From the NCBI GenBank assembly GCA_013265495.1, contig MU058687.1, forward strand, positions 4,524,093-4,588,092: a DNA stretch of 64,000 bases, in the 5' to 3' direction. Shown here in pieces: positions 48,901 to 63,100 of the stretch. Made by a program: the position numbers and the translations under genes. Below the pieces are notes generated by a model, which worked only from the letters and a program-made list of their open reading frames with translations, had not been told where the DNA came from and did not search any database. The DNA comes from Vicugna vicugna (Eukaryota). The stretch's first letter is position 1. The number at the start of each line of letters is the position of its first letter.

Positions 48901-51900
48901 TCACACCTACAATCTTCTTTCATTGAGTCTTGGTCTTTATTATTATAAAGTCTGATGGCTATTCCAGAAGAATCCTTCAAAATCCTTGCCTTAATCACTT
49001 TCAAAGCCAATCCAAATCCTGAAAACAGAAGATTTTTATAAAGTCTATCAATATAATTCAAAACTAGATAAAAAGCTTTTAAAGATGTGCACCTACAATG
49101 ACTTTTCCCGTTACTGCACTAACAATGTCATTTTCCCTGGTGTTGCTCTAAACAATAAGGAATTAAAGCTCTTGAGGCTGGATATCGAGAGAATCTTTTG
49201 TTTTGTTTTAGTTATTGTCATTTCTGATGGTTTCTCTTCATCCTTCATTCTCCTTTTCCCTTCTCCAGTCTTGGCTTGGCGGAGACCTTCCTGCGCATGT
49301 TCAGGAATCTGTGGCAGAGGGAAGAGGCACAGTCATTTGTCTGCTAATGTTGTATTACAACAGCCAGAAAAATAGACAGAGCCCCTGTGAACGTTGTTGT
49401 GTTTGGACTGCAGCCTTGGTTGCCAAAATGCAGTTTTTATCAGTGGCATTTCCACCACCTGTTATTGGTAATAATCGTCTAAAGGACAAATCCTCCTGTC
49501 TGTGATTTTTCTTTCTGCACTTCATGGAGAAAGACTGTGAGATGATTTATTCCTTTGTACATGTGAAGCTACAATGTTTTCTCAGGTGCGGAGTTTTGGC
49601 CTCTGACACTCTGTGTTCTTAGGTTGATCTATTAGCTTGCTTGGGGGAAAAGGGACAGGGAAGATGGATGAAAGTGTTATGAAACTGATATGAGAAGCAT
49701 CTCAAAAAATCCCAACCACCGTCTCTTCCTCCCTGCTCCCATCTGCTCCCGGGAGGTCCTTATAGGAAACTGGGTCTGTTCATAGCTATGCTTTGTACCT
49801 GTTGTTGTAAGTGAGACCAGCTCTTTCTTACTCTATGGATATAATGGATAGTTTATCTGTCTTCTTGTATGCCCCTCAGAAAAGAAAAAAAAAGACACGC
49901 ACACAAATGGTTTTGTGCTCACATAAGTGTGTGAAATGCTGGCTGATATAAAACTTAGTGGGTCTTTTCACTGCAGGGTTCCTCAGAGCCTTAAAAAAGA
50001 AAACTCAGAATGCCTTTCTCAGAGTAGCTTACGGACTAATGTTCTATTGAATACACTTTGGAGAGCTTTGGACTAGATCATTTTTATTTCAGTTTTTAAA
50101 TTTAGTTTATAAACTTATGTTTTGCTTGAGTAAATTGACTTGTCAGTTTGAGTGAAAAAAAATTTATGGATAATTTTTCAGGTTGCAAGTGTATTTTTGT
50201 AGTAACTACCAGAAGGTGTGGTTCTAAGATGATTCTGCAAGAATGTCCTCTCCCTCCATCTTTCTCCTGTCCTTATAAAGCGATGAGTGCACCTAGAAAG
50301 TGGGACGGTAAGGAAGCAGTAGACGTGCAGACGTCTGTAGATGGATTGGCGTGTTACGCTTTCTGCAAGTAATCTGTAGGTGGGTTTTATTAATTAGGTC
50401 TCAAGAAATCATGAAAAATACACATATCCTGGATTTGCCTTGTGCACATTTTAAAGGTATTTTTCCTTTTTTATTAGCAGTTTCAATTTGTCAAGTTCAT
50501 GGTATCAACATAAATTTATGGAGTCAAACATAATAAAACTACAGTGCATTTTTAATGTAGCAATCTTAATACACCATATCACAAATTACTTTAAAGAAAC
50601 AATGAAAAACGAAAGGAAGAACTTAAAAGGAAATTCTTATCATGGTAGATAGCACATTTTAGAACCCATGTGACAGAGGTCAAAAGAACTTTTCTGGTGA
50701 GCTTCACTACTCCTGTCCCAGCTAATTCTCTCAGTGTGTCAGCAGTATTTCCAGGAGAGACTGGCCCTTGTGGCTGCCATGATGTCAGATATTCACACAA
50801 CCATGTGGCATTTTCATGCATGGAAAATTAGCCATCTAGTTTTAAGAGATCAATCTCAAAGACATGTTTTTATTCCTTTCCAATTCAATTAATTTCATTA
50901 AAAAATGTGCTGAAATGAAAAAGCTTTATTGCTAAACTTGGTATAGCCATAATCACATGTATCCTACGTTGGGCTCAGTCATAATGTCCATTTGTTATGA
51001 GACACTCAGCTAAATTAAAAAAAAAACTTTCTGATTATAAAAGAAATGAGTTCAGTGTCCTTCTGTGTTCTGAGTGTTGCTGTCCCATAGCACACATGGA
51101 GAGGAGGTGGCTATTAGCATAGTTCTGTGGTCGCCTGGAATGGCTCCCCTTGGCACATGAAGGAAGGCTGTCCCATTGTCTAGGTGATAAAGAGCCCAGT
51201 CTCTGAATTAGAGGACAACCGTGGAAGGCACTCACATTATCTTCTTAGCTGTTCTAGAGTGGTCTTCAGTTCAGAAAGCAGAATCTGAGGGATGTGCTAC
51301 AAGTCAAAATGCACTTGAGTTTTTCCTTAATCCTGATCCAGATCCATTTGACAATAGTTTCCTTCTAGTCCTGGCAACAGGCCGTCAGTTTTTGTTCCCG
51401 TGGTGCTCTGTGAGTACACTTTTTCTTGTATTTGTGGGTACTTTTGTGGGAAGACACAAGGGCCTCTCTCAGGGGTTGGTAACATGGTGACATTTTCAAC
51501 TGCAAGTTCTGAATTTGTTTTTGTACATGTGCTCTCTCTCTCTTCTTTTTTCTTTCAGTCTTCCATTGACGTGAAGTCTTTCACTTATGTCTGCGACCTC
51601 TTACTTTTCCTCTTCCGCACTTTCTCCAAATTCAGGAGAAAAAGGACAGCAATGAAAAGAGTTCCAGGGATACACTGTGAGCTCAAGTTCCAGTAAAGTT
51701 AGGGGAGATCTTTATTTTGAACCATGAATGTGCTTTCATTCCTTCCTGAGACTGGCCTTACTGGGTGGTGCTGAGGCTGGCACTGGTACTATTGGTTACT
51801 CAACAGAGTGGGCATAAATTGTATCTTAAGACCCTTCTTTTCAAAAGAATGCTGTATTTTTTAGTTATTGTATCTTTAGCTTTCTAGAGCTATAGATCTT

Positions 51901-52242
51901 AATCTATATGTCTCTACGTCTATGTGCGTATATGTATATAATTGATACTATTATTTTAATTTAATTAATTTTAATTTTAATTTCTAGGTATATATGTAAT
52001 ACCTCACTCAAATATCTGCTACATGATTAAGTAAACTCAACAACTCTTTGAAATAATACAAATGGGAAAAGGAATTGTGGGTTTTATGTGTGTATATATA
52101 AAGGGGTCAGAAGTAGTAAAATTTTAGAAGTACATGTTAGAAAAAGATTTTGTGAAGTTGGAAAGCAGAAACGATAGAAGAATGAAACTTAAAAGAGATA
52201 GATGTTTCCTCTGGTGCTTTTCCTGGTGTGACTCTCCTGAGA

Positions 52243-52850
52243 TTGTTCTGGTTATCCATGCTGTGTAACAAACAAAGCCTGAATTCAGAGGCTTACAGGT
52301 AATAAGCATCTTCTGATGTCATGGGTTCTGTGGGGCAGGAATTTGGACAAAGCATTACAAGGATGGATTGTTTCTGCATTCTGATATCTGGCATCCCCAC
52401 TGGGAAGACTTGAAAACCTAGGAGTGATCCACAAGGCTGGGACCTGGAATTTCCTGGAGGCTTCTTTACTCATGCGTCTGGAATTGAACTGGAAGGGTCT
52501 GAGGGCTGAGAGCTGAGCTGGGACTGTCTACATGGCATTCTCATGCAGCTTGGGCTTCTTTTCGCAGTCTGGTTTTCTGACAGAGACTGTCCAGAGGGGA
52601 AGCTTCTGGAGAGAGAACCTTCCTAGAAACCAGGTGGAAAATGCACTGCCTGTTTTCTCCCCAGAAGCACACAGTTGACACTCCCACCACATTTCATTGG
52701 TTAGAAGTGAGTCACTCAGGCTGATACAGATTCAAGGGGAGAGAAAACCATACTCCTCTTTATGATTAGGGAGAAGCAGGGTCACACTGCAAAAGAACAA
52801 GTTGGTTGGAAGATTTTTTATGGCAGTCTTTGGAAAAATACAATCCTCCA
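52243..52850 (-). mobile_element. MaLR solo LTR (MLT1G/H-like)
   Basis: tgttctggttatccatgctgtgtaacaaac...ggcaggaatttgg...tttggaaaatacaatcctccaca. Confidence 0.75.
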
Positions 52851-53224
52851 CAGACATTGTTTGGTCATTTTGAAAAAGTGAGTCATGATTATATTTTTAT
52901 AATATTTGGCTGAGAAGTGTATCAGGTCCCTCATCATGCTCATATAATATGGATCACTTTAAAGTGCTCTGTATTTGAAATGCTGCTTTTCTTCGTCTTT
53001 TTAAGAATGCTGTAAGATAATGTGTGGGAACTAATCAATATTACTTTCTTCATTCATATAGCTCGGTTAACAATAACCATTACTTAATAAATATTATAGG
53101 AAAAACATCAAAGAATGGAAAACAAGAAATAAATTGGAACATACAAGAAGAGACACTAGTAAATAATTAAGAAGTGGAAATACTTAGGACCAAGTAGCAT
53201 ACACTAATGAAATTCTTGTGATTT

Positions 53225-53390
53225 CAACCCTTATTGCTCAAAAGAATCATCTACAGAGATAATTAAAAAAAACACAAAACTCTTGCCCCTAGAAACACTG
53301 ATTTAATTGGTCTGAAGTGTGAACCAGACATCAAAATATGAAAGCTCCCGAGGTGATTCTGACGTGTAGCCAGTCTTGAGAACCATTGTT
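53225..53390. mobile_element. MER5-family MITE
   Basis: agaatcatct...ctgatttaattggtctg...aagctcccgaggtgattctgacgtgtagccagtcttgagaaccattg. Confidence 0.7.
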
Positions 53391-53959
53391 CTAATAAACC
53401 CTTTGTAAAGTGCATACGAGAAAAAGAAAAATCTTTAATTGCAATGCTTAGTTACCTTAGTGAATTCTTATTAATAAGACACTAATCTAAGCCGACATTC
53501 ATTTGCCTCTTCACTCTTCTGCGGATTATTCCACATCAGATGCTGTTGGTTTCATATCTGACACGTGGACTTTGTAGACAAAACCCACATGCCAATACCT
53601 AAAGCAAAAAGCAGAAGATAATTTCTTTCCTTGATGGTAGCATTGAACCACTGAAAGAACAACCCCATAGCTTCTCTATGTTTATGTGAAATAATGTTTC
53701 TTTTTTTTTTCTAGCCAGATGTTGGGATATTTTATAACTTGCAACCAAAGCATTTGAACTATTCCTCCTTACAAGCACATTTTCTTGATTGTGTGGTCCA
53801 TCTGCTGTGCAGATCCACCACGAATTCAGATAGATCTGCGTTTGGATCCTGGCTCTGCCACTGTTAGATAAGTGAGTAACCTTCAGCAATCTTTCTAGCT
53901 CACCATGACTCCATAAATTAGGGGGAAATAAATTTTACAAAATGGCCCTTGGAATGAAC

Positions 53960-54560
53960 ATCATTCAGTTTTTCATTTAACAAACCTTGACTGAGCACGT
54001 GACTGTTCCCAGATCCTGCTGTGCAGGGAGTATTTGGTGATGGACAGGACTATCACGCTTTGTGCTCTCTTGAGGCAGAAAGACAGTCAGTCAGTTAAAA
54101 AGATGCTGTCAGTTTCTGATAGGACTTGGGATAAAACAGGATGAAGCAGAAGAGTATGCTTGGGAGATACCTTAGGTTGTGTGAACAGGAAAAGCTCCAA
54201 CCCCAAATGATAAAAGGGAGCGCTTCAAGGACCAGGAAAGCATATCTAAGGGGGATTGTTCATGAAAAAGCCTTATGCAAAAATAGGCTTAGGTTGTTTG
54301 AAAACCAAGGAAAGACAGAGAGCCTGGATGTAATCAGCAATGAAGAGAGTAAGGAGCGTCAGACTGAACGGATGGGCGGGGCTTTATTATGCAAGCCGTG
54401 GGGAGGAGTTCGACTTCCCTGTAAGTCTGATGGTGAGCATTTCCGGAATTTTAAGCAAGGGAGTAAATTATCTACTTCTGTTAATGAAGAGGCAAGAAGG
54501 AAGTGGGAAGCCTGATTAGGAGGCTGTTGTAACTGTCGCAGTAGAATGTGATGGCGTCTT
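53960..54560 (-). mobile_element. L2 LINE fragment
   Basis: tcatttaacaaaccttgactgagcac...ggaattttaagcaagggagtaa...ttaggaggctgttgtaa. Confidence 0.6.
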
Positions 54561-55524
54561 GTTTTGGGTTGTTGCCGGTAGCAATGAGGGAAAGGGGCGG
54601 GGGGAGGGGAGTCATTCAGTTTTGCTGTGAGCCTCAATCTGCTCTAAAATAGAAACTGTTTTTAAAAATGTACATAAATGTAAGTAAAACACTTAGATTT
54701 ACATTGTGGGCACTCAGTAAATGCTAGCTATTATCCTTGTTATGTTGTCATTAGTATTAATAAAGCCTTCAGGCGAGATCTTGTTCTGTCATTAGCATTG
54801 CTTTTGTAGAAAGATTTAGTAAGAAAAGCGGAGGTTTTTTTTCCCCCTAAATGTATGTATTACATTTAAAGGCTTCTGCCCTGAAATGTGCTGTGATACT
54901 AAGAGGACCTGGTTAACGTAAGGTCTCTACAGAGGGAGGCTACTTAATTTCGTGCTGTATGTTAACTAAGGTAAATGCAAAGAGCTGACACTTCTAATGG
55001 TTGCTTATGTCTGTTTTCACATCTGGTGGTCACATAATTATAGTTTAGCATCCCAACACAACTTTTGTCATTGGACGGTGTGGTTCTGTGATCACAACGT
55101 TGTGCACCACTCAACCCAAATTAGTTTCATGATCCTACACAAGCAGTATTATTTCTCCATCAAAATGGGGACAAGACCAGTGGAAATCCCCAGTGTCTTG
55201 CCTTATTAGGATACTTGTAAGAAGCTATTTGACAGGTCATATAACCGAAGGCTGGTTTATAATGAAGGCAATGGGTCTGCATTGAAATGTAGGTTATGGT
55301 TCTCAACCTAAATATCCCTACTTTTCATTTTCTATTGGAAGACTGCTTGTCATCTTTATTTTTCAGTTTCAGGCCTGAAAAATGAGATTGAGATATGCTC
55401 TCCAGTTTAAAGGATGATGCCTACATCAGTGAAATTGTGCTTCAGTACTTGGAGGATTTTAAAAGTGAGGCTTCCTAGGTAGAGATGAGAATATTTTGCC
55501 CGCTGTGTTTCCCCCCTTAGATAT

Positions 55525-56630
55525 GATTTATTTTTTAAAGCAGTTTTAGGTTCATAGCAACACTGAACAGAAAACGCAGAGTTCTTATATACCCCCGGCT
55601 CTCTCACTATCAACATCCCCCACCACAGTACTACATTTCTCACAACTGATGAACATATGTTAATGCATCATTATTACCTAAGGTTCATGGTTTACATTAG
55701 AGTTCATTCTTGGTGTTGTGTATTCAGTGGATTTTGAGAAATGTGTAGTGACATGTATCCACCATTATGCTATTGTACAGAGTACTTTCACTGCCCCAAA
55801 ATCCTCTGTGTTCCTCCTCACCCTTTCCCCTGGCAACCGCTGATCTTTTTACAGTTGCTATAGTTTTGCCTTTTCCAGAATGTCCTATTGTTAGAATCAC
55901 ACAGTATGTAGCCTTTTCAGATTGGCTTCTTTTGCTTAGTAATACGCTTTTAAGATTCCTTAATGTTTTTTTTAATGTTAGCTCATTTATTTTTAGGGCT
56001 GAATAATATTTCATTTTCTGGACATTCCACCATTTACATATTCATGTGCCTACTGAGGAAAACCTTGGTTACTTTCAAGTTGTGACAGTTATGAATAAAG
56101 CTGCTATAAACATCTGTATGCAGGTTTTTGTGGACATAAGTTTTCAACTCATTTGGGTAAATTATCAGGGACTGCAGTTGTTGGATTGTGTGGTTACAGT
56201 TTGTTTAGTTTTGAAAGAAACTGCCAAACTGTCGCCCAACGTGGCTGTATCATTTTGCGTTCTCACCAGCAATAAATGAGTTTTATTGTCAAGACCTGAC
56301 TGTTGCTCCGCATTGTTGACAGCACTTGGTATTGCCAGTGCTCTGGATTTGGGCCTTTCTAAGATATGTGTAGTAGTATCTCATTGTTGTTTAATTTTCA
56401 GTCCCCTAGTAACATTTGATGTTGGTCACCTTTTCCTTTACTTGTGTTCCATCTGTATATTTTCTTTGGTGTGATGTCCTTATCTTTAGGCCATTTTTTC
56501 AATGGAGGTTGTTCATTTTCTTACTGTTGAGTTCTAAGAGTTCTTTGTATATTTTAGATAACAGTCCTTTATTAGATACACCTTTTGCAAATATTTTCTG
56601 TTAGTCTGTGGCTTGTTTTCTCATTCCCAT
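55525..56630 (-). mobile_element. L1MC1-like LINE 3' end
   Basis: aaagcagttttaggttcatagcaacactgaacagaaa...gtagccttttcagattggcttc...ttttgcaaatattttctgttagtctgtggcttg. The L1-derived ORFs at 55407-56604 fall here. Confidence 0.9.
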
Positions 56631-58246
56631 GAAGGTTCTATCATGTTTTTGATCACAGAATTAGACCCGGGAATAACCAAAGATTAGTAATCTTATTTAG
56701 AGAGCACATTATCTTCTATTCTTCTGGTTTCACCTGAGATAGAAAACTGATCTGTACCAATTTCCTTTTTCACAGTAATTCCAGGGAAATAAAATGAAAG
56801 GGACTGGGAAGTCTTAGCAAATTCACTAAAAGTTAGAGTCAGGAGACTTGCATCCCAATTTTCTACCTACAGAGGAGGAGAGGCAGGAACCAAATAAGTA
56901 AAGCATTTATTTGAACTCTGCCTTGGAGCTGGGACATTGCTCATTACTCTGCTGAATCTATAATATGGATTTTGTTTTCCCTCCACATGAAGGTTTCAAT
57001 GATCTAGGTTAGATTGCTTAAGTAAGGCTCCTTCTGGGCATTTCTAAGTTTTTGTTTTAGTACTCTTCTATTCTGTTCCCTGTCTTTCCTTTTGGAAATT
57101 TGCCACTATCTTCTCTTTAGAAATTCCACTGATAATTTAAAGGGGGTGCAGTTACTTATCTCTGTGGGCAATTAAATACTTGTCCTGGGAATGTCATGTT
57201 ACTAAATCACATTTCTTATTAGAAAAAGTGGTGTTTACCCAAATGTGTATGGGGTAGTGATGGTGCCAACCCTCTACCTGTAGTTGAGATCATGCAGATG
57301 AATAAAGAAGAACTCCCTGTCCCTTTCAAGAATCAATCCATGGTTTACACATTGTTTAGCACTTTGCTCCAGCCAGTCACAAATTATCATCACTGTGCAT
57401 GACGATGATAAGTCAAGGCACTATTTTAGGACCCAGAAGGGATGTCGTCTCAGGGCCACGGCAAACATACATAAGTTTGAACTTTTCATATGACTGGTAA
57501 CTTTGGTTTCTTTGGAGAAACTATGTTTTTAGTTACCCATTGCCTCAAATGACTTTATTATGATTAAATATGTTTTATATGTGGCAGAGCAGGAAGAATG
57601 GTCTTACCATTCTTGGTCCTCAATTTATAATTTATTTTATTTTTATTCTAGAGGGAAAAAAAGAGAGAAAGCAGTCATTTGCCATAGAGTAGCTTAGGAA
57701 GGACATGTAAATACCATGTGGCAGTGATCAGAGATTCTATATATCGTTCCTGTGCACTTTTCAACTCTTAGGAACACTGTTTCTTGGACAGTTACAGACA
57801 GGAAAGTGATTTTTCCTATTATGGTGTAAAAAAGGAGACCCAGAAATTGGGGCCAGAGGTCAGACAGTCTAGTCTTTAGCCTGAATTGGTTCTTAACAAA
57901 CCGTACAATTTTGGATAATGTATTCTCTCTTAGTATGCTTCAGTTTATCTCATTTCTAAATGAAGATAATGAGATTTGCATGATCATTGTCAATATGAGG
58001 CACAGATGAGATAATAAGTGTGAATCACTCGGGGATATATAAAGTCATTTATAAGTTTAGTAATAAAGTATAATGCAGGAAAATAATTATTGGCTCAATT
58101 TAGTTTCTCCACACCACAAAACTCAGCACATTCTTACTACTTGACAGGCAGGGCAGCATTGAGTGGTTAAGATGATAATAGATGAAGAAACTCACTTATC
58201 TGAGTTTAGGGTGATGCTGAAATCTAAGACCTATTCAGAGGTCTTA

Positions 58247-58674
58247 TTATACTGGGTTGAATACTGTTCCCTCAAAATGCATGTCCTTCCCAGAACCTCA
58301 GAATGGGCCCCTATTTGGAAATAGGATTGCTTCAGATGTAATTAAGTAAGATGAGGTTATATTGGAATAGAATGAGCTCTTAATCCAACGTAATTGGTGT
58401 CTCTATAGAAGGCAGAGACGAAACACGATACAGATGTGTGCACCGAGAGAAAATCGCCAGGTAAAGAGGAAGACAGAGATTGGAGAGATGCAGGGACAAG
58501 CCAAGGAGCACCAAGGATTGCTGGCAACCACCAGAAGCTGAGAGAGAGAACATGGCCTTTGCTAACACCTTGATTTCAGATTGCTAGCCCCCAGAACTGG
58601 GAGAAAATCAATCTCTTTTTTGAAGCCACCCAGTTTGTGGTACTTTTTCACTGCAGCCCTAGCAAACTAATACA
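58247..58674 (+). mobile_element. MaLR solo LTR (MLT1B/C-like)
   Basis: gggttgaatactgttccctcaaaat...cagaacctcagaat...aagccacccagtttgtggtac...gcagccctagcaaactaataca. Confidence 0.9.
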
Positions 58675-59149
58675 GGAATCAAAGAGGCTGCTGAGGCCAG
58701 TTGGCCACCGAGGGGCTTCCACAGAGGATAGCTAGTTGGAGTGGCCATAACTAGATCTTGGAAGCCAGATACATAAACAGGGATTCAAGAGCCAGGAAGA
58801 CTAATGAGGAATAGTCATAAAAAAAAGCCCTTGGCAATTACCTGTACCAGATGTCAGTGTTTCTGCCAGTTTCTATCTGCTCACTACCCGAGTCACTTTA
58901 ATGGACTGAGATGGGTTGGACAGCTTCCGGTTTGAACAACCCCTTAAACACAAAGGAAGGTATAACCAGAAGCCCAGGTATTTTGCTTTACTTTGAAAAA
59001 GGAAGCAGCTGCCCCTGGTCGAATAGCTTCTTTCCCCATTCATAGATAACCTGACATACATTTAACAGTATTACTCTAGGCTTCTCTTCCTACTTCATCT
59101 TTCTTGAAAGCTCAGCATTCCCAGGAATTATTCTGGAAATGGTTGGATT

Positions 59150-59740
59150 ATGTTTTAATTTCCTGTTGGTGCCATATGTAACAGATCCCCACAGAATTCC
59201 TCGCTTCAGACAAGACAAACCTACTACCACGCAATTCTCCAGGTGTGAAGTCCGGTATGGGTTGCACGGGACTAAAATCAAGGTGTCAACACAGTGCATT
59301 CCTTTCTGGAGGCTCTAGGGACAAATCCATTCTCTGCTCATTTGGGTTGTTGACAGAATTCAGTTTCTTGCAGTTGTAGAAGAGAGATCCCTGATTTTTG
59401 GCTGACTGTAAACTGAGGGCCATTGCCAGCTTCTCGAGGCTGCTGCATTCTTTGGCTTATGGTCTCTTTCTTCGATCTTCAAAGCCAGCAGCAGCTGGTC
59501 AAGTCCTTCTCCCATCAAGTCTTTCTGACCCATTCTGCCTCCTTATCCATTTTTTAAAGACTCATGTGATTAGATTGAGCCCTTCAGATAATCCGGGATA
59601 ATCTCCCTTTCTTCAGGTCAGCTAATCAGCAACCTCAACTCCATCCACAGCCTTAATTCCGTTTTGCCGTGTAACCTAACATGTTCACAGGTTCTGAGGA
59701 TTAGGATGTGGACATCTTTGGGGCACTGTTAGTCTCCCAT
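59150..59740 (-). mobile_element. MaLR solo LTR (MLT1E-like)
   Basis: aaaatcaaggtgtcaac...ttctggaggctctaggg...cagaattcagtttcttgcagttgtag...ggattaggatgtggacatctttgggg. Confidence 0.85.
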
Positions 59741-60009
59741 GGGTCATCTGCTGCTGAGCCACATGACTTCCCAACAGGACTGAGTGGAAGAAGCTAAACT
59801 GTGAGGAAGAAACAGATGTTGATCAAAACGTAGCACATGTTAATAATTAGCAAAAAGAGAAATCCAAGCTGCATATGATACGTGTGGTAGTTTTTAAAGT
59901 CTATCATCTTATCAACTTGCTGATTTGAAATTTAAAAGTTGAATCTACTTGATGGAAAATATTTGACTGTTAAGAACATCAGACATATCTTTGATAGGAC
60001 TAGTTTCTT

Positions 60010-60126
60010 TTTTTTTTTCAAAACTTTTTATTTTAAGATAATTATAGATTCACACTCAGTTGTAAGTAATAATACAGAGTTCCAGTTTATCCTTCACCCT
60101 GTTCCCCTTGATAACATCTTGCAAAA
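60010..60126 (-). mobile_element. Very short 5'-truncated L1 (L1MC-like 3' end) with 14-bp TSD
   Basis: Poly-T followed by aaactttttattttaagataattatagattcaca; flanked by aggactagtttctt at 59996-60009 and 60127-60140. Confidence 0.75.
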
Positions 60127-63100
60127 AGGACTAGTTTCTTAATTAGACAACAAATAACTTTATAGGTGGTCCACGGAGGAAATATGTCGGGTTGTCAGTG
60201 TCCTATGTTCAGCCTCGTTTATGGCTTTAACTTTGTGCACATTGTATAAGTGCCTCTTGTTCCTCTTCTGATTGCTCCTTCAAACGCAATATATCCCAAC
60301 CAAAGGAAGCTTATTTTTGACTTAAATTTTCCTTGCTTAATTCCATCCAGTTACCATTAGAAAATTTCATCCCATCAATTTGTCATACCATTTATCTATC
60401 ACTTCCTATTTTCCTGCCCCTTTTAAACAACCTAAGAGGCACATTACTGATAAACAGTCATTGATTCTCATTTTCGTTTCAGCTCTGTTTAGTGATTTTA
60501 TTCACCAAATGTGGACACATACTTATTTCTTGTTTTCTAATGCAGGTTTCAGGCATATTTTGGCATTCCTTCTCACATCCATTTAAAAATGAAACACTAC
60601 AAAAAGGTGTTTTAAAAATATCTTTGCAGACAGTTTATTCATTCATATAAAAAATTACTGTCGAACACCTGCTGTGGAGTAGGCATTGTTCTAGGCACTA
60701 GAAGCACACCAGTGATTCAGAGGCTCCAGGTCGCTGTCAGGTGCACTGCCTTAATGCTTCATGGTTAACCTTTGCCTATTCAGATTTTTTTTTTCCTCTT
60801 ATCTTACATCTCTCCATCTTTGTTACCCTTTCCATTATCTAAATTCCACATCCTGAGTTTCATTTGCCTGTGGCTTGGCTTTTGAGTGACACTACTTGGC
60901 AAGAATTTAGTTAAGAAAATGTACCAAAGAGTGAAATATGTTAGTTCTGTACACATTTACCATTTGTCAAGGGGTTTCCTTATAACCCACATGAATGAAT
61001 GTTCTGTTGGTAGAATTGTAACCATCCTACTCAAGCCACTAAAGAAAGTATATATTTTATTAGGGCCCCTTCTTGGTGCCCTGCCAATCCCCCCCCCCCT
61101 TAGGCCTCTTCACTTAATCTCCCAAATGGTAAAACCATCCCTGACCTCAAATATGACAGTTAAGCACATACCGATGACATCTTCCCCCAGAGCAGCAGAA
61201 AGGCCATTTTTCAAATAATGATTTAAGTAGGTCAAGGCAAACAGGATACTCACATGTGAGGAAGAAGAAACTACATATTAGACAAAGACTTGTGGGTTTA
61301 GATAACTTTGCTGCCCCGATGCTCCATTGTTCATTTTAATTTGCCTGGAGGGGAGGGCTCCTCAATGGAGCTGATACTGGTGACCCCCAGACCTTACGCA
61401 GTTCTTGAGAGGCAGCAGAAGCCTTCCCTGAAGTGTTAGCAGAGTGTCCCTGCATGCCTCAGTTGTGAAAGTTTCACTGATAAAGTTTCACTCCTAAATC
61501 CTTGGCAGTGGGAGGGGGAGAATGGGCACTTGAAAGACTTTTGGGGTCTATTAAATAATTGGTTGTTTAAAATCTAAAAAAGAATTATTAAAAATAATTA
61601 TTTTGAGGAACTCAATTAACTGTAAAAATTTGCCTTAAATTTAGATGTGACTAAGTAACAAAATATTTGGTGTACCAGTGCCAGTCAGGTACTTGACAAA
61701 GACAAATGCCTAATGCCTAGCTGCTTCACAGGAAATAGCTTCTCATCCCACATCAGGGGACACTGAATTATGCCAGTCTTAGAAGAAGTTAGTAGGTAAA
61801 GAGAATTACAATAAAGAGATGTGCAACATAGCTTCGGTCTTTCTCTGTATGTATGTGAAGAAAGAGAATGTATTTGCGCCTTGGGCTCATTAGCAAAATA
61901 CATTAGCTATAGCTGACTGGTTTGCACCTGGTGCTTGCCTGCGGTCTCCAAAGGGAGGAGATTCACAATTAGGTTTTGAGCCTGGGAAGCTTGGAAAGCT
62001 CTTCCTATCAAAAATCAGATAGGCATTTGGAAATGTAAATATATCACATTTCCTTCTGGATTACACATGTGCTAAAGTTCACCTTTTAATTTTTTAGAGG
62101 TGAGTCATAGCACACTCTTTATTCACAGCACCTTTGAAGTGAGATTCCAGACGGACGTTTAGCCCTCAAATGGGGAAAAGAGATCAGCTGTTATGACCCC
62201 CTTCTTCATGATTAGCAGCCTGAGCCCCTGAGAGGTTGAAGAAGAGACTTAAAATCTCAAATATTTAACAGCCTGGTCAGGACGAGGACCAGGTTAGTCT
62301 AATTTCTAGCATATTTTTTCCCCCTTCTCTCCATTGACGTGGTGCTTGAATAAACATCTTAAATAGAGAATATTTCTTCCTCTTGTTTAAGAGGTCACCT
62401 AAGATAGTATATTTTCTAATCCCATGAAGCATGTTTTATAAGACTTCTGTGCCTTTAAAATCAGTTTAATTGGAGTAAAATTTGACGCTTCATTGGTGGT
62501 GCTTCTTCACGTTGAAACTTCCATTCTGTTTTGACGCTTAGCTTATTAATTTCCCATTTGTTTGATTTAAAGTGGGGTTTGAAGGGCAAATGGCCAGCTC
62601 TGGCCAGATGCTTTCATCTGGTCACCACACTCCTTGAGTTCTCTGATAAGGATCCATACATTGGATGGTGGGTAAATAGCCGTTTCATGAGAGAAGGCAA
62701 GAGCTGAAGGCAGGCCAGGGGTGACTCTCCCAGCTTGTCAGGAGGAAGAAGGAGTAAAGACAGATCTGTCCTGTTTGTCAGGAGCAGAAAGAATGTTGGC
62801 GAAAACTAACTCCCGGGAAGGGGATGTGTCAGAAAGATGGATTACCCCTGGAAGTCAGGACTGCTTTCCCAGTGGGCAGCAGCCCACTTGCATATCATTT
62901 GCCAGCTGTCCGTCTTATCCTAGTATGTCTCTGTCTTTTCCCTCCTTTGAGCTGCCAGTGACAAGCCACAGAGCCTTCAGAATAGCGAAAGGCCTAGGAG
63001 GGAGGGGTAACTTGTTTGCAGCGAGTGAATATTCAGCATGCACATTCTTCCTCTCAGTACTCCCAGAAGCTCTCAGAAAGACAGACCCTGTGGGGGAAAC

